Source: Actinomycetota bacterium (lineage in GTDB: Bacteria > Actinomycetota > Acidimicrobiia > Acidimicrobiales > Aldehydirespiratoraceae). Taken from it: a stretch of 64,000 bases of DNA. The DNA lies in contig JAPOHW010000017.1 in the NCBI GenBank assembly GCA_029979265.1, positions 3,047 to 67,046 on the forward strand, read 5' to 3'. This document shows positions 61,681-64,000 of this stretch, in pieces (the first letter of the stretch is position 1; every line of letters starts with the position of its first letter). Position numbers and translations under genes: made by a program. The notes under the pieces are model-generated. The model saw only the letters and a list, made by a program, of their open reading frames with translations. It was not told the origin of the DNA and did no database searches.

Positions 61681-62882
61681 CCGATGTGTTCGTCTTCGAT
61701 GCCGTCCGCAGCCCGCGGGGGAAGGGCAAGCCGGGCGCACCGATGGCCGACGCAGCGTTGCCTCATCAGCTCGTCGCCCAGTTGATCGCCGAGCTCGACC
61801 GGCGCCACGACGTGAATCCCCACATCGAGCAGCTCACCGTGAGTTGCGTCGGCCAAACCGGCGCCCAGGGTGGTCACATCGGGTTGGTGTCGAAGCTGGA
61901 GGCGGGCCTTCCGGCCGAGACGGTCGTCCACTCCGTCAACAACTATTGCGTCGGTGGGTTGAGTGCGATCGGTGCGGCCGCCAATGCGATTCGAGGCGGG
62001 GTCGTCGACCTCGCCTACGCCGGTGGTGTCGAAATGATGTCGCATGTCCCCTTCGGGGCCGACCGGGCCAGTTACTTCACCGATCCCGCAGTCGCCGGTG
62101 CGTTGTCGTACGCGCCACCCGGCATCGGTGCCGACCTGCTGGCCCATCTCAACGGCATCGATCGAGCGACGCTCGACCGGTGGGCCCTTCGCTCGCATCA
62201 CCGTGCCGCAGCCGCCTGGGATGCCGGTATCTACGACGGCAGCGTTGTGGCCATCACCGGGGCCGATGGTGACGTGGCGCTCGCCCGTGACGAGACGATC
62301 GTCGCCGACATGACCGCTGAGAAGATCGCCGCACTGGCCCCGGTGTTCGAGAACATGGGGCAGGCCACCTTCGACGCCGTCGTCGAGGCCGCTCGGCCCG
62401 GCACCGGCCCGATCGAACACCGCCACACCATCGCCCATTGCCCACCGATCGCCGACGGTGCGTCGATCGTGCTGCTCGGCTCGGCCGAGGCCGGGGCTCG
62501 CCACCGCTTGGAGCCGGTGGCCCGTCTCGTCGATCTGGTCGAGGCAGCCGGCGATCCGATCCTGCAACTCACCGCGGGAGCGACTGCCATGGAGCGGCTG
62601 CTCGACCGCAACGGCCTCGACCTCGCCGCAATGGACCACATCGAGTACATGGAAGCGTTCGCGGTCGTGCCGGCCCTGTTCGAACGTGCCTACGACGTCG
62701 ACATGGAACGCGTCAACCCGTACGGCGGCCATCTGGCGATGGGTCATCCGATGGGCGCCACCGGTGCGATTCTTGCCACTGCGGTCACCGCTGAGCTTCG
62801 CCGCACCGGATCCGGGCGTGGTCTGGCGGTGGCCCATGGTGGGGCCGGGGTCGGTGTGGCGGCGGCTTTCGAAGCCGCCTAG
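61677..62882 (+). CDS. Thiolase (acetyl-CoA C-acyltransferase family)
   Basis: GTG at 61677 overlaps the HD gene stop (GTGA). NNYCVGGLSAI (nucleophile Cys) and NPYGGHLAMGHPMGATG motifs. Confidence 0.85.
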   Translation: MTDVFVFDAVRSPRGKGKPGAPMADAALPHQLVAQLIAELDRRHDVNPHIEQLTVSCVGQTGAQGGHIGLVSKLEAGLPAETVVHSVNNYCVGGLSAIGAAANAIRGGVVDLAYAGGVEMMSHVPFGADRASYFTDPAVAGALSYAPPGIGADLLAHLNGIDRATLDRWALRSHHRAAAAWDAGIYDGSVVAITGADGDVALARDETIVADMTAEKIAALAPVFENMGQATFDAVVEAARPGTGPIEHRHTIAHCPPIADGASIVLLGSAEAGARHRLEPVARLVDLVEAAGDPILQLTAGATAMERLLDRNGLDLAAMDHIEYMEAFAVVPALFERAYDVDMERVNPYGGHLAMGHPMGATGAILATAVTAELRRTGSGRGLAVAHGGAGVGVAAAFEAA

Positions 62883-63379
62883 GCCGGTGGCAGTACGACA
62901 ACCCCGTCGCGGTCGCAGTAGATGCGGTCGCCGGCGTTGATCGTGACCTCGCCGACGGTGACCGCGACGTCGCGTGTTCCGATGCCGTGTTTTTCGGTTT
63001 TGCGAGGCACCGTGCCCAGCGCGAACACGCCGATGTCGGTCGCTGCCAGTTCGTGGCTGTCTCGGACGGCGCCGTAGACGACGAAACCGACCCAGCCGTT
63101 GTCGGCCGCTTCGGCGGCGACGTTGCCGCCGACCATTGAGCGTCGCATCGAGCCATCACCATCGATGACGAGGACCCGGCCCTCGCCCGGCTCGGCAACC
63201 GCCTCTTTCACGAGCGAGTTGTCGTCGAGTGCCTTCACCGTCGAGACGACACCGGCGAAACCGTCACGCCCGCCCAAGCTGACGAATCGTTCGGCCACGA
63301 TCTGCGGGAGCGGACCGCCATGGTCGTCGTGGTCGTCGCAGACGTCGGCGGTCGGTCGGAACGGCACGGAGTCCGGCAT
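62879..63379 (-). CDS. rraA: RraA family protein (RNase E regulator / HMG-CHA aldolase-like)
   Basis: 166 aa. TADVCD, GEGRVLVIDG and GGNVA motifs. Confidence 0.85.
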   Translation of the reverse strand: MPDSVPFRPTADVCDDHDDHGGPLPQIVAERFVSLGGRDGFAGVVSTVKALDDNSLVKEAVAEPGEGRVLVIDGDGSMRRSMVGGNVAAEAADNGWVGFVVYGAVRDSHELAATDIGVFALGTVPRKTEKHGIGTRDVAVTVGEVTINAGDRIYCDRDGVVVLPPA

Positions 63380-63426
63380 CCCCCGAGGCTACAAGTCGCG
63401 TCGCTGCAGGTCGGTGCCAGTGGCTG

Positions 63427-64000
63427 TCAGCCGCGAGCCCCGAGAACCGCACCGATAGCAAGCGGTGCCGGAGTCTCGAGTTGGTCGTAGCTGCAGGTCG
63501 CCGGGTCACGATCCGGGCGCCAGCGAACGAACCGGGTGGTGCCCCGGAACCGTCCGTTGAGCACTGCCTCGTACTTCACCTCGGCCACGAGCTCACACCG
63601 CAGCGGTACCCAGTGGGCCGGGTCGCGGCCGGCCGACCATCGGTTCGGCGCTCCGGGCATGAGGCCGTCTTCGTGAGCGGCAGCAGTCATCCAGTCGGCC
63701 CACGGATGCTCGGCCGGATCGTGGGTGATGAACGGAGCAAGGGTGTGGATCAACTCGGCTCGTAGGGTCGCCGTGAAGCTCGATGCAACCCCCATGTGCT
63801 GAAGGCGGCCGCGGTCGGCGCCGTGGAGGCCGACCAGCAGCGAACCCACCCCCTGGCCGTCCTTGTGCATGCGGTAGCCGGCCACGACCACATCGGCGGT
63901 GCGGGTGTGCTTCACCTTGAACTGGACCCGCTTGTTGGGTTGGTAGGTGCCATCGAGTGGCTTTGCGATCAGACCGTCGAGACCGGCACCTTCGAAGGTG
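63427..64000 (-). CDS. ATP-dependent DNA ligase, C-terminal part (5' end lies outside the window)
   Basis: The frame stays open to the window edge. It shows a ligase motif V/VI region and OB fold (FEGAGLDGLIAKPLDG ... KVKHTRTADVVVAGY ... FVRWRPDRDP). Confidence 0.75.
   Translation of the reverse strand, partial: TFEGAGLDGLIAKPLDGTYQPNKRVQFKVKHTRTADVVVAGYRMHKDGQGVGSLLVGLHGADRGRLQHMGVASSFTATLRAELIHTLAPFITHDPAEHPWADWMTAAAHEDGLMPGAPNRWSAGRDPAHWVPLRCELVAEVKYEAVLNGRFRGTTRFVRWRPDRDPATCSYDQLETPAPLAIGAVLGARG

Noticed and set aside
1-64000. CRISPR arrays, rRNA operons, insertion sequences and prophage remnants
   Set aside because: I saw no repeat-spacer periodicity. The only tandem repeat is the 2-copy 25-mer at 9246..9295. 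I also saw no rRNA-like conserved segments and no transposase- or integrase-like ORFs.

Overview
This is a GC-rich, densely packed chromosomal segment, with gene content and organisation typical of Actinomycetota (possibly Acidimicrobiia-like; this is a guess from gene content only). I support about 60 protein-coding genes, 3 tRNAs (Lys-UUU, Ser-CGA, Ser-GGA) and an SRP (4.5S) RNA directly upstream of the conserved dnaX-ybaB-recR block. I saw no transposases, integrases, prophage genes, CRISPR arrays or rRNA. Many neighbouring genes share 4-nt start/stop overlaps (ATGA/GTGA/TTGA), which helped me fix start codons and operon boundaries. Several long ORFs in the six-frame track are artefacts: out-of-frame N-terminal extensions or antisense shadows typical of high-GC DNA.

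Most of the window is accessory metabolism:
- A minus-strand operon of amidase, non-Pyl MttB-family methyltransferase, OYE/FAD flavoprotein and an ICL/PEP-mutase-family lyase.
- A cluster of two PhyH dioxygenases, an Asp/Glu-racemase-type isomerase, an M24 hydrolase and a class-V PLP enzyme.
- A translationally coupled triple-GST operon behind an MFS transporter.
- A sulfatase operon, pncB-pncA, and a molybdoenzyme/cytochrome b pair.

Most noteworthy observations:
1. An AhpD/carboxymuconolactone-decarboxylase-like gene has its only in-frame TGA exactly at the second redox position of the C-x-x-C-x-x-x-H motif. A stem-loop sits 12 nt downstream. It is therefore a candidate selenocysteine (CxxU) protein that ORF callers split in two. 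A YqeC-type selenium-cofactor accessory gene lies about 20 kb away.
2. HrpB helicase appears to have its C-terminal region replaced by an in-frame glyoxalase-like (VOC) domain.
3. Between recR and the next gene there is an AT-rich island with a promoter-like element, C-rich loops and a long hairpin plus U-tract, which is a candidate small RNA.
4. A Klenow-like family-A polymerase with a vestigial exonuclease domain is start/stop-coupled to a PLP enzyme.

All family assignments come from motif recognition by eye. No database search was possible.
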